Source of the DNA: Eubacteriales bacterium
GTDB taxonomy: Bacteria; Bacillota; Clostridia; Oscillospirales; CAG-272
DNA length: 64,000 bases
Reading direction: 5' to 3'
Assembly (NCBI GenBank): GCA_045611685.1
Contig: JAZKXO010000106.1
Location: 92,493-156,492 of the forward strand
The translations under genes were made by a program, and so were the position numbers. Of the stretch, positions 54,649 to 64,000 are shown in pieces; position 1 is the first letter of the stretch; the number at the start of each line of letters is the position of its first letter. The notes beneath the pieces were generated by a model. It searched no databases. It worked only from the letters and a program-made list of their open reading frames with translations, and was not told the DNA's origin.

Positions 54649-55917
54649 ATGTCTTCTCAGAAACTTGTTGGTGCCGCAGTCGTAGGACAGTCCGGCGGCC
54701 CCACCGCTGTAATTAATGCAACACTCGCCGGTGTTATCCGTACAGCTTTGTCTGATGATGTAAGAGGAACAATTACCGAACTCTACGGTATGAGAAACGG
54801 CATTGAAGGATTCATTGACGGCCGCTTCGTCTCGCTCTCATCTATCTTTACCGCTCCCGACGGAACGACCGACGAGGAAAAGCTGGCACTTCTTACACAG
54901 ACGCCCGCTTCTGCGCTTGGATCCTGCCGTAAAAAATTGCCCGATCCGGAGAAAGATCCCGAATTCTTTGAAAAGCTAATTGCCCGCTTCAAGGAGAATA
55001 ACATCCGCTACTTCTTCTATATCGGCGGAAACGATTCCATGGACACAGTGGCAAAACTCAGCCGCTATGTCGCCGAACATGAATACGATATGCGCGTGAT
55101 CGGTTTGCCGAAAACTATCGACAATGACCTGCCCGGAACGGATCACGCACCTGGATACGGCTCTGCCGCAAAACTGATCGCCGCCGAGGTGCAGGAAATT
55201 GTTCGCGACTGCGCCGTATATACCGTTCCCGCTGTAACGATCGTTGAGATTATGGGACGCGACGCGGGGTGGCTTACCGCAGCATCTGCACTCCCGCGCA
55301 TTCTCGGCGGCTATGCACCTGACCTTGTGTATCTCCCCGAGTGCGACTTCTCTATGGATGCCTTCTTTGGCGATCTGCGTTCTATCTTTAAAACAAAACC
55401 CAATATTGTCGTCGCCGTTTCCGAGGGCGTTCGCTTTGCAGACGGCACGTATGTCGGAGAATCCACCCAGAGCGGCGTGAAGGATGCCTTTGGCCATAAA
55501 TATCTCGCAGGCACCGCAAAGATGCTCACAGAGGCTGTAAAGGCAGAATTTGGATGCAAGGTGCGCTCGATAGAGCTGAACCTTCCGCAGCGCTGCGGCG
55601 CTCATTTCGCCTCACAAACGGACCTCGCCGAAGCAGCAGATGCCGGTTCAGCCGGTGTGAAAGCCGCTGTATCCGGCGAAACCGGCTCTATGATCGCGAT
55701 TCTGCGTGACGAGACCGCCGCCGACTATGCTGTCATTTACAAGCCCGCCAACGTGCAGAACATTGCAAACGGGGAGCAGAAGGTACCGAACAAATTCATA
55801 AATGAAGAAAAGAACAATGTAACGGACGAATGTCTCCGATACATTGCACCTCTCATCAAGGGCGAACCTCAGCTCATTATGAACGGCGGTATTCCCGTCC
55901 ATTTTGTCTTTGACTGA
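54649..55917 (+). CDS. pfp: Phosphofructokinase, predicted PPi-dependent type
   Basis: 422 aa. GGPTAVINA, IGGNDS (55024-55038), PKTIDNDL with Lys at 55111-55113, and MGRDAGW. Asp at the GGDG fourth position and Lys before TIDND are the residues associated with PPi rather than ATP use. Confidence 0.8.
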   Translation: MSSQKLVGAAVVGQSGGPTAVINATLAGVIRTALSDDVRGTITELYGMRNGIEGFIDGRFVSLSSIFTAPDGTTDEEKLALLTQTPASALGSCRKKLPDPEKDPEFFEKLIARFKENNIRYFFYIGGNDSMDTVAKLSRYVAEHEYDMRVIGLPKTIDNDLPGTDHAPGYGSAAKLIAAEVQEIVRDCAVYTVPAVTIVEIMGRDAGWLTAASALPRILGGYAPDLVYLPECDFSMDAFFGDLRSIFKTKPNIVVAVSEGVRFADGTYVGESTQSGVKDAFGHKYLAGTAKMLTEAVKAEFGCKVRSIELNLPQRCGAHFASQTDLAEAADAGSAGVKAAVSGETGSMIAILRDETAADYAVIYKPANVQNIANGEQKVPNKFINEEKNNVTDECLRYIAPLIKGEPQLIMNGGIPVHFVFD

Positions 55918-55941
55918 ATTATAAAATGTAATGACCGTCGA

Positions 55942-56304
55942 ATGTTGTCGAAAGGAAAAATTACATTGAAAAAGAAAGTTTTTGGGATTGTATTAGCAAT
56001 CGTACTTATTTTCGCAATGTTATCATTTGTAATTTTTGGCATTTTAAGATGTGAAGTTTTTATAGATGAATCCCCGAATGGAGATTATCAAATAGTTAGT
56101 TGGTGGATAGATAAAGGTGGCTTTGGATATGGCGGTTCTTTTTACGTAAAGGAAAAAGGCTTATTTTCAAAATGGCATAAGATTGGAACAGTTCCTTTTT
56201 CAAGCGAATGGTTATCAGAAACAGATTTTTCAATATATTATCCATATCCTGTTGATGAAGACAACTATAAAGAGTATAATGTGAACGAATTTTTTAATAA
56301 ATAA
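55942..56304 (+). CDS. Small membrane-anchored protein of unknown function (possibly DUF5412-like)
   Basis: 120 aa, one N-terminal TM (VFGIVLAIVLIFAMLSFVIFGIL), then a W/Y/G-rich domain (SPNGDYQIVSWWIDKGGFGYGGSFYV). Strongly AT-rich. An in-frame TTG at 55966 (AAGGA 10 nt upstream) is an alternative start. Confidence 0.55.
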   Translation: MLSKGKITLKKKVFGIVLAIVLIFAMLSFVIFGILRCEVFIDESPNGDYQIVSWWIDKGGFGYGGSFYVKEKGLFSKWHKIGTVPFSSEWLSETDFSIYYPYPVDEDNYKEYNVNEFFNK

Positions 56305-56385
56305 GAGTATGGTGGGCTTTTGGTTCCTAACTTGACACAAACTATTGCCGAAAAATATTGGCATCTAGAATATACAGTCTTTATG

Positions 56386-56420
56386 AAAAAGGCTGTGCAA
56401 CAGTTGTTGCACAGCCTTTT
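56386..56420. terminator. Bidirectional terminator
   Basis: GGCTGTGCAAC (56391-56401) / GTTGCACAGCC (56406-56416), flanked by AAAAA and TTTT, between convergent genes. Confidence 0.85.
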
Positions 56421-56425
56421 CACTT

Positions 56426-57559
56426 TTAAGCTCTTTCACGTTCGAAATAATATTTTTGGTTGTGGGAAGCTACACTCTCAATCACACCGATACAAAGAAG
56501 CGACGAAAGCATCGAAGATCCTCCGTAACTGAGGAAGGGAAGCGTTATTCCAACGACCGGCAGCATACCGAGACACATACCGATATTTTCGAGTGTTTGC
56601 GCTATAAATATCGCGGCAATACCCATGCAGACGTTTGCACCGCAATCTTTTCTCGCACGCCGCGCGAGAATAATGAGACGACAGACGAGAACCCCCATGA
56701 GGGCAATATAGGAAAAGACCCCAAAGAAACCAAACTTTTCCGCAACGACAGCAAAAATAAAATCCGTATAGTATTTAGGAATCGTAACGTAATATGACCC
56801 GCCAGCATAGCCGGCACCGCGGAATCCGCCGGAGGCAATTGTTGCAAGACTTTTGAGCGGCTGGTATCCATATCCTTCGGGATCCAGCATGGGATCAAAT
56901 CCTACTAAGATCCGTTGCTGCTGATAAAGAGCAAGGTGTGTCCAGACGTATGGGAATATAATTACGATGACACCGATAGCGGCCGCAAAATACCAGAGCG
57001 ACAAACCGCCGGTAAAAAGCATAAACGCCATAATTGCCGCGAACACAAGAGCGGAACCCAAGTCGCCCGTCAAAAGAACCAGACCGGTAATAATTCCCCC
57101 GTGAATGCAAAGAGCAAGAACGGAAAGGGGATGATTAATCTTTTCCTTGACTCTGTCGATATGTTTGGCAAAAGTAAGAACGAAGATTATCTTGACAAAC
57201 TCCGAAGTTTGGATACTGATAAGTCCCGGAATCTCAATCCAGCAACGGTTTGTGCTGCCCTCAGGACCCGTTCCGACAAGAAGCGTCAGGAGCATCAAAG
57301 AAACCGATCCAATAAATAAGGGGAGTGAGAAGCGCCTAAGAAGCTCCTCATAATCAAACATAGAGATGGCAAAAACGCAAAACAAACCGAGAAGGAGCGC
57401 GGCAATTTGAACCACCACTCTTCTCGGTCCGCCTGCGCTGTCACCAGCAACGCCGGAAAGAGTGAGTACACTCAAGAAAGCCATGCCCAGCACGGACAGT
57501 AGGATAACATAGTCAATCCGTCGGAATTTTTCTTTCAGTGATACAGAGAACTCTTTCAT
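56426..57559 (-). CDS. FtsW/RodA/SpoVE (SEDS) family peptidoglycan glycosyltransferase
   Basis: 377 aa, about 10 TM. Conserved C-terminal motifs (GVLPVVGITLPFLSYGGSS). Confidence 0.9.
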   Translation of the reverse strand: MKEFSVSLKEKFRRIDYVILLSVLGMAFLSVLTLSGVAGDSAGGPRRVVVQIAALLLGLFCVFAISMFDYEELLRRFSLPLFIGSVSLMLLTLLVGTGPEGSTNRCWIEIPGLISIQTSEFVKIIFVLTFAKHIDRVKEKINHPLSVLALCIHGGIITGLVLLTGDLGSALVFAAIMAFMLFTGGLSLWYFAAAIGVIVIIFPYVWTHLALYQQQRILVGFDPMLDPEGYGYQPLKSLATIASGGFRGAGYAGGSYYVTIPKYYTDFIFAVVAEKFGFFGVFSYIALMGVLVCRLIILARRARKDCGANVCMGIAAIFIAQTLENIGMCLGMLPVVGITLPFLSYGGSSMLSSLLCIGVIESVASHNQKYYFERERA

Positions 57560-57582
57560 GACTCGTAAAGTTTCTTATAAAA

Positions 57583-59022
57583 TCAGTAGGCCTTGCCCCA
57601 GAAGACCAGTTTCTTCGCCGGACGTCCGCAGCATACACAAACATCGCTGATAGTCTCCTGCTCGAGCGGAATACATCTCGATCCTACGCCGGATTCTTCT
57701 TTTACCTTATCCTCACACGCGGGATCGCCGCACCACATACCGCGCACGAATCCGTCGCCTTTTTCAGCGAGGTTCTGCTTAATTTCATCAATCGTTTTGC
57801 AGTCGTAGGTACGCGCCTGACGGTTAGCGAGAGCCTTTTCGTACATACCGTTACGCACAGCCTCAAGCCTTTCAGCGACAGCCGCTTCCAGATTGTCAAG
57901 GGAAACGATCGTTTTTTCGCGATCATGTCTCGTAACGATTACACACTGACCGGCTTCGAGATCACGCGGTCCGATTTCGATGCGGAGCGGAACGCCCTTC
58001 ATCTCATACTCAGCATATTTCCATCCGGGGGAGTTGTCACTATCGTCAAGTTTTACGCGGAAAGCACCCTTGAGGCGTGCGAAAATGCCCTCAGCCGCTT
58101 CCGTTACGCCGGGCTTGTGCGCGGCAACGGGAATAATGACTACCTGAATCGGTGCTACGGCAGGAGGAAGAACAAGGCCGTTATCATCACCGTGCGTCAT
58201 AATAATGCCGCCGATCATTCGGGTAGTAACACCCCAGGAAGTCTGGAACGGATGAACCAGCTTGTTCTCCTTATCTGCAAAAGTAATATCAAACGCCTTG
58301 GAGAAGCCGTCGCCAAAATAGTGAGACGTGCCCGCCTGAAGCGCCTTACCGTCGTGCATCAAAGCCTCAATAGCATAAGTGTCCTCAGCACCCGCAAACT
58401 TGTCACTCGGCGTCTTGGCACCCTTGATGACGGGAATCGCCAGATCCTGCTCGTGGAAGTCTGCGTACACATTCAGCATCTGTACCGTCTCTGCGATTGC
58501 TTCCTCGGCAGTTGCGTGCATGGTATGACCTTCCTGCCAAAGGAACTCACGGGAACGGAGGAAGGGCCGCGTCGTCTTCTCCCAACGAACAACGGAGCAC
58601 CACTGATTATACAGTTTCGGAAGATCGCGGTAGGAACGGATGATGTTGGCATAATGCTCACAGAACAATGTCTCCGAGGTCGGGCGGACACACATACGCT
58701 CCGTCAGTTTTTCGCTGCCGCCGTGCGTAACCCAAGCAACCTCGGGCGCAAATCCGGCTACGTGATCCTTCTCCTTTTGGAGAAGAGATTCGGGGATGAA
58801 CATCGGCATATATACGTTTTCGTGGCCGAGTTCCTTAAATCGGGTATCAAGAATGTGCTGGATATTCTCCCAGATTGCATAGCCGTAGGGACGAATGATC
58901 ATGCATCCCTTAACGCTGGAATAATCGATCAAATCAGCTTTCTTGCAGATATCGGTATACCACTGCGCAAAATCCACGTCCATAGACGTGATTTGTTCCA
59001 CCATTTTCTTATCGTTTTTCAT
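57583..59022 (-). CDS. proS: Proline--tRNA ligase (archaeal/eukaryote-like type)
   Basis: 479 aa, no bacterial-type insertion domain. Class II motifs and a C-terminal Zn-binding tail ending FWGKAY. Confidence 0.92.
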   Translation of the reverse strand: MKNDKKMVEQITSMDVDFAQWYTDICKKADLIDYSSVKGCMIIRPYGYAIWENIQHILDTRFKELGHENVYMPMFIPESLLQKEKDHVAGFAPEVAWVTHGGSEKLTERMCVRPTSETLFCEHYANIIRSYRDLPKLYNQWCSVVRWEKTTRPFLRSREFLWQEGHTMHATAEEAIAETVQMLNVYADFHEQDLAIPVIKGAKTPSDKFAGAEDTYAIEALMHDGKALQAGTSHYFGDGFSKAFDITFADKENKLVHPFQTSWGVTTRMIGGIIMTHGDDNGLVLPPAVAPIQVVIIPVAAHKPGVTEAAEGIFARLKGAFRVKLDDSDNSPGWKYAEYEMKGVPLRIEIGPRDLEAGQCVIVTRHDREKTIVSLDNLEAAVAERLEAVRNGMYEKALANRQARTYDCKTIDEIKQNLAEKGDGFVRGMWCGDPACEDKVKEESGVGSRCIPLEQETISDVCVCCGRPAKKLVFWGKAY

Positions 59023-59062
59023 TTTATGACTCCAAACAAATTATTAATTAATGTATCAAGAT

Positions 59063-59091
59063 ATTGTACCGCAAAACGGGAGAAATGTCAA
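59063..59091 (-). promoter_or_regulatory. Consensus sigma-A promoter of proS
   Basis: - strand TTGACA (59091-59086), 17-nt spacer, TACAAT (59068-59063), immediately after the pcrA stop. Confidence 0.65.
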
Positions 59092-59115
59092 ATGATTTCG
59101 GTGTACTCGTAAAAT

Positions 59116-61554
59116 TTAATCATCGGATTTCATAAGTTTCGCATACGTCGCCATCAGTTTTTTCGTTCCTACGTTGTCAAAGGCGATTTCATACAGGGTA
59201 TCGGCACCCATCGCGCGCACGGAAAGGATGGATCCTTTACCGAACGTCGTGTGCTTGACACGATCACCGACAGCGAACAGCGGTGTAGCGGGAACGGATT
59301 TCGCCGAAGGGCGAGTTCCCCCGCCGCGGCCCTGGCCACTAAACGAAGGCTTCCCGTATGAACCGAAGGAATTCATCGGTTTTGAGTAACCACTACCGGA
59401 TGCTCCGAATGAAATGCGTTTATCAGCCGAGTATGCTTGTCTGCCGACGTTTTCAATCAGTTCTTCCGGTATTTCGCCAACGAATCGGGAGACCTGATTG
59501 AACTGCGTGGATCCGTTCAGCATACGGTCGTGCACGTGCGTGATAAAGAGTTTTTTCTTCGCTCTGGTGATCGCCACATACGCAAGGCGGCGCTCCTCCT
59601 CGATCTCGTCGGGATTCATAATAGACTGATGACCGGGGAAAAGGCCTTCTTCCATGCCGGGCAGGAAAACGATCGGAAACTCAAGTCCTTTTGCGCTGTG
59701 GATCGTCATCAGCACGACGGCATCAGCGGTTTCATCATATTTGTCTACATCCGATACGAGAGCCACGTCTTCAAGAAATTCAGAGAGGGAAGGCGTTTCA
59801 GTTGACTGCTCGTACTGCGCGGCAGATGAGATTAGCTCTCCGATATTGTCAAGGCGATCTGCCTCTTCTTCGCCGGCAGCCGCAAGCATTCTCCCGTATC
59901 CGGTGATTTCTACTACGTTTCGGATAAGATCGGAGACGGAACTTTCGGCAGCCTCTATTCGGAGATCTTCCATAAGGCGCGCAAACTCCTCCATGCTTTT
60001 CGCGGCGGCGGCGGGAATTGCCTTGTAATCCTGCGCATGACGGATAAATTCAAGCATCGGATAGCCGCTCGCGATCGCCATCGCTTCGGCTGTTAGAATA
60101 GATTTATCACCGATACCGCGCTTCGGAACATTGATAATACGCTTTAGGCGCAGATCATCAAGCGGGTTGTTTATAAGACAAAGATACGCCAAAATATCAC
60201 GGATCTCGAGTCTGTCGTAAAAGCGGGTACCGCCGAGCATACGGTAGGGAATACCGCTTTTCGCAAACGCCTGTTCCAAACTGCGCGATTGGGCGTTCGT
60301 TCGGTAAAGCACTGCATAATCGCGATAGGAGGCTTCCTTTTTCGCAACGCTTCTATGTACCTCGTCGCAGATAAAGCGTGCTTCATCATTCTGATTCCCG
60401 AGATTCCTCACGGTGATCTTTTCGCCGTCTGTGCTGTCTGTCCACAGCTTTTTATTGTGTCGGGTTGTATTTCTCGCTATCACGCCGTTTGCCGCATCGA
60501 GAATTGTTTTCGTGGAACGGTAATTTTGCTCGAGTTTTACGACTTTTGCGCCCTTGCAAGTGGCCTCAAAATTCAAGATATTTTCGATCGTCGCACCGCG
60601 GAATTTGTAAATACTCTGATCGTCATCGCCGACAACCATGATGTTGTTGTGCTTCCCGGAGAGGAGAAGTGTCAGAGAAAGCTGCGCTTTGTTCGTATCC
60701 TGATACTCGTCGACGGAAACGTATCTGAATTTGCTTTGGATGCTCTCACGCGCTTCTTGGCATTCCGTCAAAAGACGAACCGTCTGCATAATTATATCGT
60801 CGAAATCCAAAAGATTAGACGAAACGAGTCTTTCCTGGTAGAGCGCATAAATTTTTGCCGCTTGCTTGAGTTTGAAATCGGAACCGGCTTCCAGAGCAAA
60901 TCCCTCGGGCGTAAGCAAGCGGTCCTTCGCCCTGCTGATAAGATTCATCACGCTCTTTACGGGCAGTTGTTTTTCATCGATGTTCAGCTGCTTCATGCAA
61001 GCGGAGATCAGTTTCTTGGCATCGTCCGTATCACAGACACCAAAGCCGCTTTGGTAGCCAACCTCAGCCCCCCAGCGGCGGAGCAGACGCATACATACGG
61101 AATGAAACGTGCCCGCCCATATTTCAGATGCCTCCGTGCTGTCCTCGCCGAATGTGGCCTTAAGACGAGCCTTAATCTCGCTTGCGGCTTTGTTCGTAAA
61201 CGTGATCGCCAGAACGGACCACGCAGGCGGCGGCGAGACCGCGAACCGCACAAGATACTCTGCCAGATCCTCTTTGGACAAGGACATCGCGTTTTCCATT
61301 TCGGTTATCGTGTCTTCATTTATGTCGGCCGGAACAGACAAGCTTTCCACAGCATCGCCGTATCGGATGATATACGCGATGCGGTTTACGAGAACGGTCG
61401 TTTTTCCGCTGCCGGCACCTGCCAAAATAAGGAGCGGTCCGTTCGCCGTATATACGGCCTTTCGCTGCATATCGTTAAGATGGTCATAGTATTTGTCAAA
61501 GAGGGCACGTTTCAGTGTTAAAAAGCGTGCGCCGAGAGAATTTGTATCCGTCAT
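59116..61554 (-). CDS. pcrA: ATP-dependent DNA helicase PcrA (UvrD family)
   Basis: Walker A AGAGSGKT, motif II DEYQDTN, a long Gly/Ser-rich linker and a C-terminal Tudor-like segment (VGDRVKHTTFGKGSI). Confidence 0.93.
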   Translation of the reverse strand: MTDTNSLGARFLTLKRALFDKYYDHLNDMQRKAVYTANGPLLILAGAGSGKTTVLVNRIAYIIRYGDAVESLSVPADINEDTITEMENAMSLSKEDLAEYLVRFAVSPPPAWSVLAITFTNKAASEIKARLKATFGEDSTEASEIWAGTFHSVCMRLLRRWGAEVGYQSGFGVCDTDDAKKLISACMKQLNIDEKQLPVKSVMNLISRAKDRLLTPEGFALEAGSDFKLKQAAKIYALYQERLVSSNLLDFDDIIMQTVRLLTECQEARESIQSKFRYVSVDEYQDTNKAQLSLTLLLSGKHNNIMVVGDDDQSIYKFRGATIENILNFEATCKGAKVVKLEQNYRSTKTILDAANGVIARNTTRHNKKLWTDSTDGEKITVRNLGNQNDEARFICDEVHRSVAKKEASYRDYAVLYRTNAQSRSLEQAFAKSGIPYRMLGGTRFYDRLEIRDILAYLCLINNPLDDLRLKRIINVPKRGIGDKSILTAEAMAIASGYPMLEFIRHAQDYKAIPAAAAKSMEEFARLMEDLRIEAAESSVSDLIRNVVEITGYGRMLAAAGEEEADRLDNIGELISSAAQYEQSTETPSLSEFLEDVALVSDVDKYDETADAVVLMTIHSAKGLEFPIVFLPGMEEGLFPGHQSIMNPDEIEEERRLAYVAITRAKKKLFITHVHDRMLNGSTQFNQVSRFVGEIPEELIENVGRQAYSADKRISFGASGSGYSKPMNSFGSYGKPSFSGQGRGGGTRPSAKSVPATPLFAVGDRVKHTTFGKGSILSVRAMGADTLYEIAFDNVGTKKLMATYAKLMKSDD

Positions 61555-61718
61555 AGTACACCGCCGCTTTCGGTCAATGCCGATAGAATTTATAGGAAAT
61601 ACAACAATTAATTATATCACATACGACACTCAAAAACAAGAAGATTCTGAAAAAGCATATAGGTAAATAAACCGGCGTATATATGTATCAAGATTACGGA
61701 CAAACGGAGAGCATACAA

Positions 61719-62888
61719 ATGAGAAAAAAATATATTGTCAAAGCATTCGCCTGTCTTCTTTCGATTTTAATGATATGTGCGGCAATCCCATACGTTGGCG
61801 CAGAGCCCGATCAAGAGGCCCAAAACACCCCTTTTGACATAGATGCTTTATCGGCTGTACTTATGGACGCTGAGACCGGAGAAATTTTGTATGCAAAGAA
61901 CGCGGACGAAGCGCTCCCGCCCGCATCCGTTACAAAGGTAATGACGCTTCTTCTCATTATGGAGGCGGTAGATGCCGGACGGCTATCACTCACCGATATG
62001 ATTCGTGTTAGTGAGTATGCAGCCTCCATGGGCGGCTCACAGGTTTATCTCGAGCCGGGCGAGGAGATGTCTCTTGATGATATGCTCAAAAGCATTGTCG
62101 TTTCGTCCGCCAACGATGCCGCAGTAGCGGTGGCCGAAACGATCGCCGGCAGTGAGGAAGCCTTCGTAAAAATGATGAACGACCGCGCCGCCGAACTCGG
62201 CATGGAACACACGAATTTCGAGAACGTTACGGGACTCGATGATGACACCGTAAATCACCTTATCAGCGCCGAAGATATAGCTATCATGTCACGCGAGCTA
62301 TTAAAGCACGAAACAATCCTAAACTATACAACCATCTGGATGGACACGATCAGAAACGGTGCATTCGGGCTTTCGAACACGAACAGATTGATACGATTTT
62401 ATAGTGGTGCAACCGGACTCAAAACCGGTTCTACCTCAAAAGCAAAATTCTGCATCAGCGCCACAGCAAAACGAGACAATCTTCATCTCATAGCCGTCAT
62501 CATGGGATCGCCTACACGCGACACGCGAAATGAAATGGCTAAAAAACTTCTTGACTGGGGATTTGCTAATTTCGCCATGTACAGAAACCTGTCTGCAAGC
62601 GTCGGCACGGTCCGCGTTCTCGGAGGAATCAAGGAAACGTGCGAAGCGGGATACGGCGATTTTTCAAAACTCATGAAACGAGGGACGGAAAACGGTGTAA
62701 CGGTGGAGATATTGCTTGACGAGGAAATACCCGCACCCATCAAAGAGGGAGATCCGCTCGGGCGTATCATATACCGCCTCGGTGATGAAATCATCGGAGA
62801 GGGCGAAATTGTCGCGCAGGAAAGCGTGGAAAAAATCAGTTTTTGGAGACTTCTGGGGAGAATGGCGCAACTTATGCTTTTGCGGTGA
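61719..62888 (+). CDS. D-alanyl-D-alanine carboxypeptidase (PBP5-type, S11), second copy
   Basis: ATG 61719 follows GGAGA. Signal peptide, SxxK (ASVTKVMT), SxN (SSANDAA), KTG (LKTGST), and a C-terminal PBP5 domain. Confidence 0.88.
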   Translation: MRKKYIVKAFACLLSILMICAAIPYVGAEPDQEAQNTPFDIDALSAVLMDAETGEILYAKNADEALPPASVTKVMTLLLIMEAVDAGRLSLTDMIRVSEYAASMGGSQVYLEPGEEMSLDDMLKSIVVSSANDAAVAVAETIAGSEEAFVKMMNDRAAELGMEHTNFENVTGLDDDTVNHLISAEDIAIMSRELLKHETILNYTTIWMDTIRNGAFGLSNTNRLIRFYSGATGLKTGSTSKAKFCISATAKRDNLHLIAVIMGSPTRDTRNEMAKKLLDWGFANFAMYRNLSASVGTVRVLGGIKETCEAGYGDFSKLMKRGTENGVTVEILLDEEIPAPIKEGDPLGRIIYRLGDEIIGEGEIVAQESVEKISFWRLLGRMAQLMLLR

Positions 62889-62906
62889 AATTTTTCAAGG
62901 AAAACC

Positions 62907-62935
62907 TTGTAAACTTTGATTCATTGTTGTATAAT
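62907..62935 (+). promoter_or_regulatory. Sigma-A type promoter of pgi
   Basis: TTGTAA (62907-62912), 17-nt spacer, TATAAT (62930-62935). Confidence 0.6.
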
Positions 62936-62997
62936 ATTTTACGTTGATACAAAACTAAATGAACAGCATATTATCTGACTTTCCGGAGGATAAATAT

Positions 62998-64000
62998 ATG
63001 TCGCTGAAACTAAACGAAAAGTTTTTGAAAGGGTTTATCGGCCCGAATGAAATTACATCTCTCGCCCCCCAGATCAAGAAGGCCTATGAAACCGTAAGCA
63101 CCCGTTCAGGCGAAGGGGCGGATTATCTCGGCTGGCTCGATTTACCCGTCAACTATGACAGGGAAGAGTTCGCCCGCTTCAAAGACGCCGCAGCGCGCAT
63201 TCGCAATATGTGCGATATCCTCGTTGTTATCGGTATCGGCGGATCATATCTCGGCTCCAGAGCTGCTATTGAGTTTGTTAAATCACCTCTCTATAATTCG
63301 CTCCCCGGAAACAAACCGGCTGTTTATTTTGCCGGCAATACCATAAGCCCCTCTGCCTTGAGCGATCTTCTGAAGATATGCGAAGGAAAGGACCTTTGCG
63401 TCAATATCATCTCAAAATCCGGCACGACGACCGAGCCTGCCGTTACGTTCCGCATTTTCCGCGAACTGCTTGAGAAGAAATACGGCACGGAAGGTGCACG
63501 CGAACGCATCTTTGCCACTACAGACAAGGCGCGCGGCACCTTGAAGACCTTTTCGGACAAAGTCGGATACGAGACTTTCGTCGTTCCGGACGATGTCGGG
63601 GGCAGATATTCTGTGCTCACAGCCGTAGGACTTCTGCCTATTGCCTGCGCTGGCATTGATATTGATGCTATGATGCAGGGCGCCGCCGACGCAAGAGCCA
63701 AGTATATGAACGACGATGTCGAATCAAACGACTGTCTCCGCTATGCAGGAATTCGCAATATACTCTACCGAAAAGGAAAGGCTACGGAAATTCTTGCCGC
63801 ATACGATCCGGCAGCGCAGATGTTCTGTGAATGGTGGAAGCAGCTCTACGGCGAAAGCGAAGGGAAAGACAACAAGGGGCTTTTCCCGGCATCTGTTATT
63901 TTCTCGACTGATCTGCATTCACTGGGACAGTTCATTCAAGAGGGCACGAGAAACATCTTTGAGACGATAATTGATTTCAAAACATCTCCCGACGCCGTGA
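62998..64000 (+). CDS. pgi: Glucose-6-phosphate isomerase (5' part, runs off the window; not in the ORF track)
   Basis: ATG 62998 follows GGAGGA. My translation [13 protein letters not shown]...[23 protein letters not shown]...[15 protein letters not shown]...[10 protein letters not shown]...[12 protein letters not shown]... stays open to position 64000. These are typical Firmicute Pgi motifs. Confidence 0.92.
   Translation, partial: MSLKLNEKFLKGFIGPNEITSLAPQIKKAYETVSTRSGEGADYLGWLDLPVNYDREEFARFKDAAARIRNMCDILVVIGIGGSYLGSRAAIEFVKSPLYNSLPGNKPAVYFAGNTISPSALSDLLKICEGKDLCVNIISKSGTTTEPAVTFRIFRELLEKKYGTEGARERIFATTDKARGTLKTFSDKVGYETFVVPDDVGGRYSVLTAVGLLPIACAGIDIDAMMQGAADARAKYMNDDVESNDCLRYAGIRNILYRKGKATEILAAYDPAAQMFCEWWKQLYGESEGKDNKGLFPASVIFSTDLHSLGQFIQEGTRNIFETIIDFKTSPDAV

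Noticed and set aside
56320-56532. 70-aa + strand ORF
   Set aside because: It runs through the bidirectional terminator hairpin and into the 3' end of the SEDS gene on the opposite strand. It has no SD.
57925-59112. 395-aa + strand ORF
   Set aside because: Antisense shadow of proS, for the same reasons. It also runs across the mapped proS promoter.
60289-61521. 410-aa + strand ORF
   Set aside because: Antisense shadow of pcrA (Walker A and DEYQD motifs are on the - strand). It has no SD and a low-complexity R/F/C-rich translation.
1-64000. Scan for CRISPR arrays, IS elements, integrases, tRNA/rRNA genes, toxin-antitoxin pairs and known defence genes
   Set aside because: I saw nothing resembling spaced direct repeats, transposase or recombinase motifs, tRNA cloverleaf candidates in the intergenic gaps, or defence-system hallmark domains. 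The window reads as core chromosome.

Overview
64-kb chromosomal segment that looks like an endospore-forming Firmicute (Clostridia-like gene content, roughly 50% G+C by eye). It is gene-dense: I count 66 CDS, two of them absent from the supplied ORF track. Core housekeeping and sporulation genes dominate. In order: pepD; ispD-ispF; rpe; DUF1846-asnA-lgt-folD; rplU-prp-rpmA; the complete spoIIIAA-AH operon; a GtrII-like membrane protein; a small protein plus DUF3048 lipoprotein; yajC. Then comes an 11-gene minus-strand string (lon-engB-lysA-M50 protease-scpA-scpB-ytfI-ytfJ-dac-rluB-unknown). This is followed by GNAT-rqcH-tmcAL; a Bacillus-like block holB-ricT-(ferredoxin)-yabB-rsmI-metG-tatD; coaE-slt; an M18 aminopeptidase; an eda-VOC fusion; prfA-tsaC; a ParC/GyrA-like subunit; a SpoIID-domain two-gene module; spoIIAA-spoIIAB-sigF; a PPi-type pfk; a SEDS protein-proS-pcrA; a second dac; and the 5' part of pgi. 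Many operons start with near-consensus sigma-A promoters and end at clear hairpin terminators. I found no rRNA, tRNA, CRISPR array, transposase/integrase, prophage or recognisable defence gene, and no convincing novel multi-gene system. The points most worth a second look are modest: (1) a terminator-shaped leader with a mini-ORF in front of the function-unknown DUF1846 gene; (2) a 56-aa ferredoxin missed by the ORF track, sitting where Bacillus has yabA; (3) an Eda-VOC fusion; (4) a translationally coupled secreted protein plus oversized SpoIID-like protein; (5) a sharp AT-rich islet with one small membrane protein; (6) an orphan GtrII-like membrane protein behind spoIIIA. All family assignments come from motif recognition by eye. 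No database search was run.
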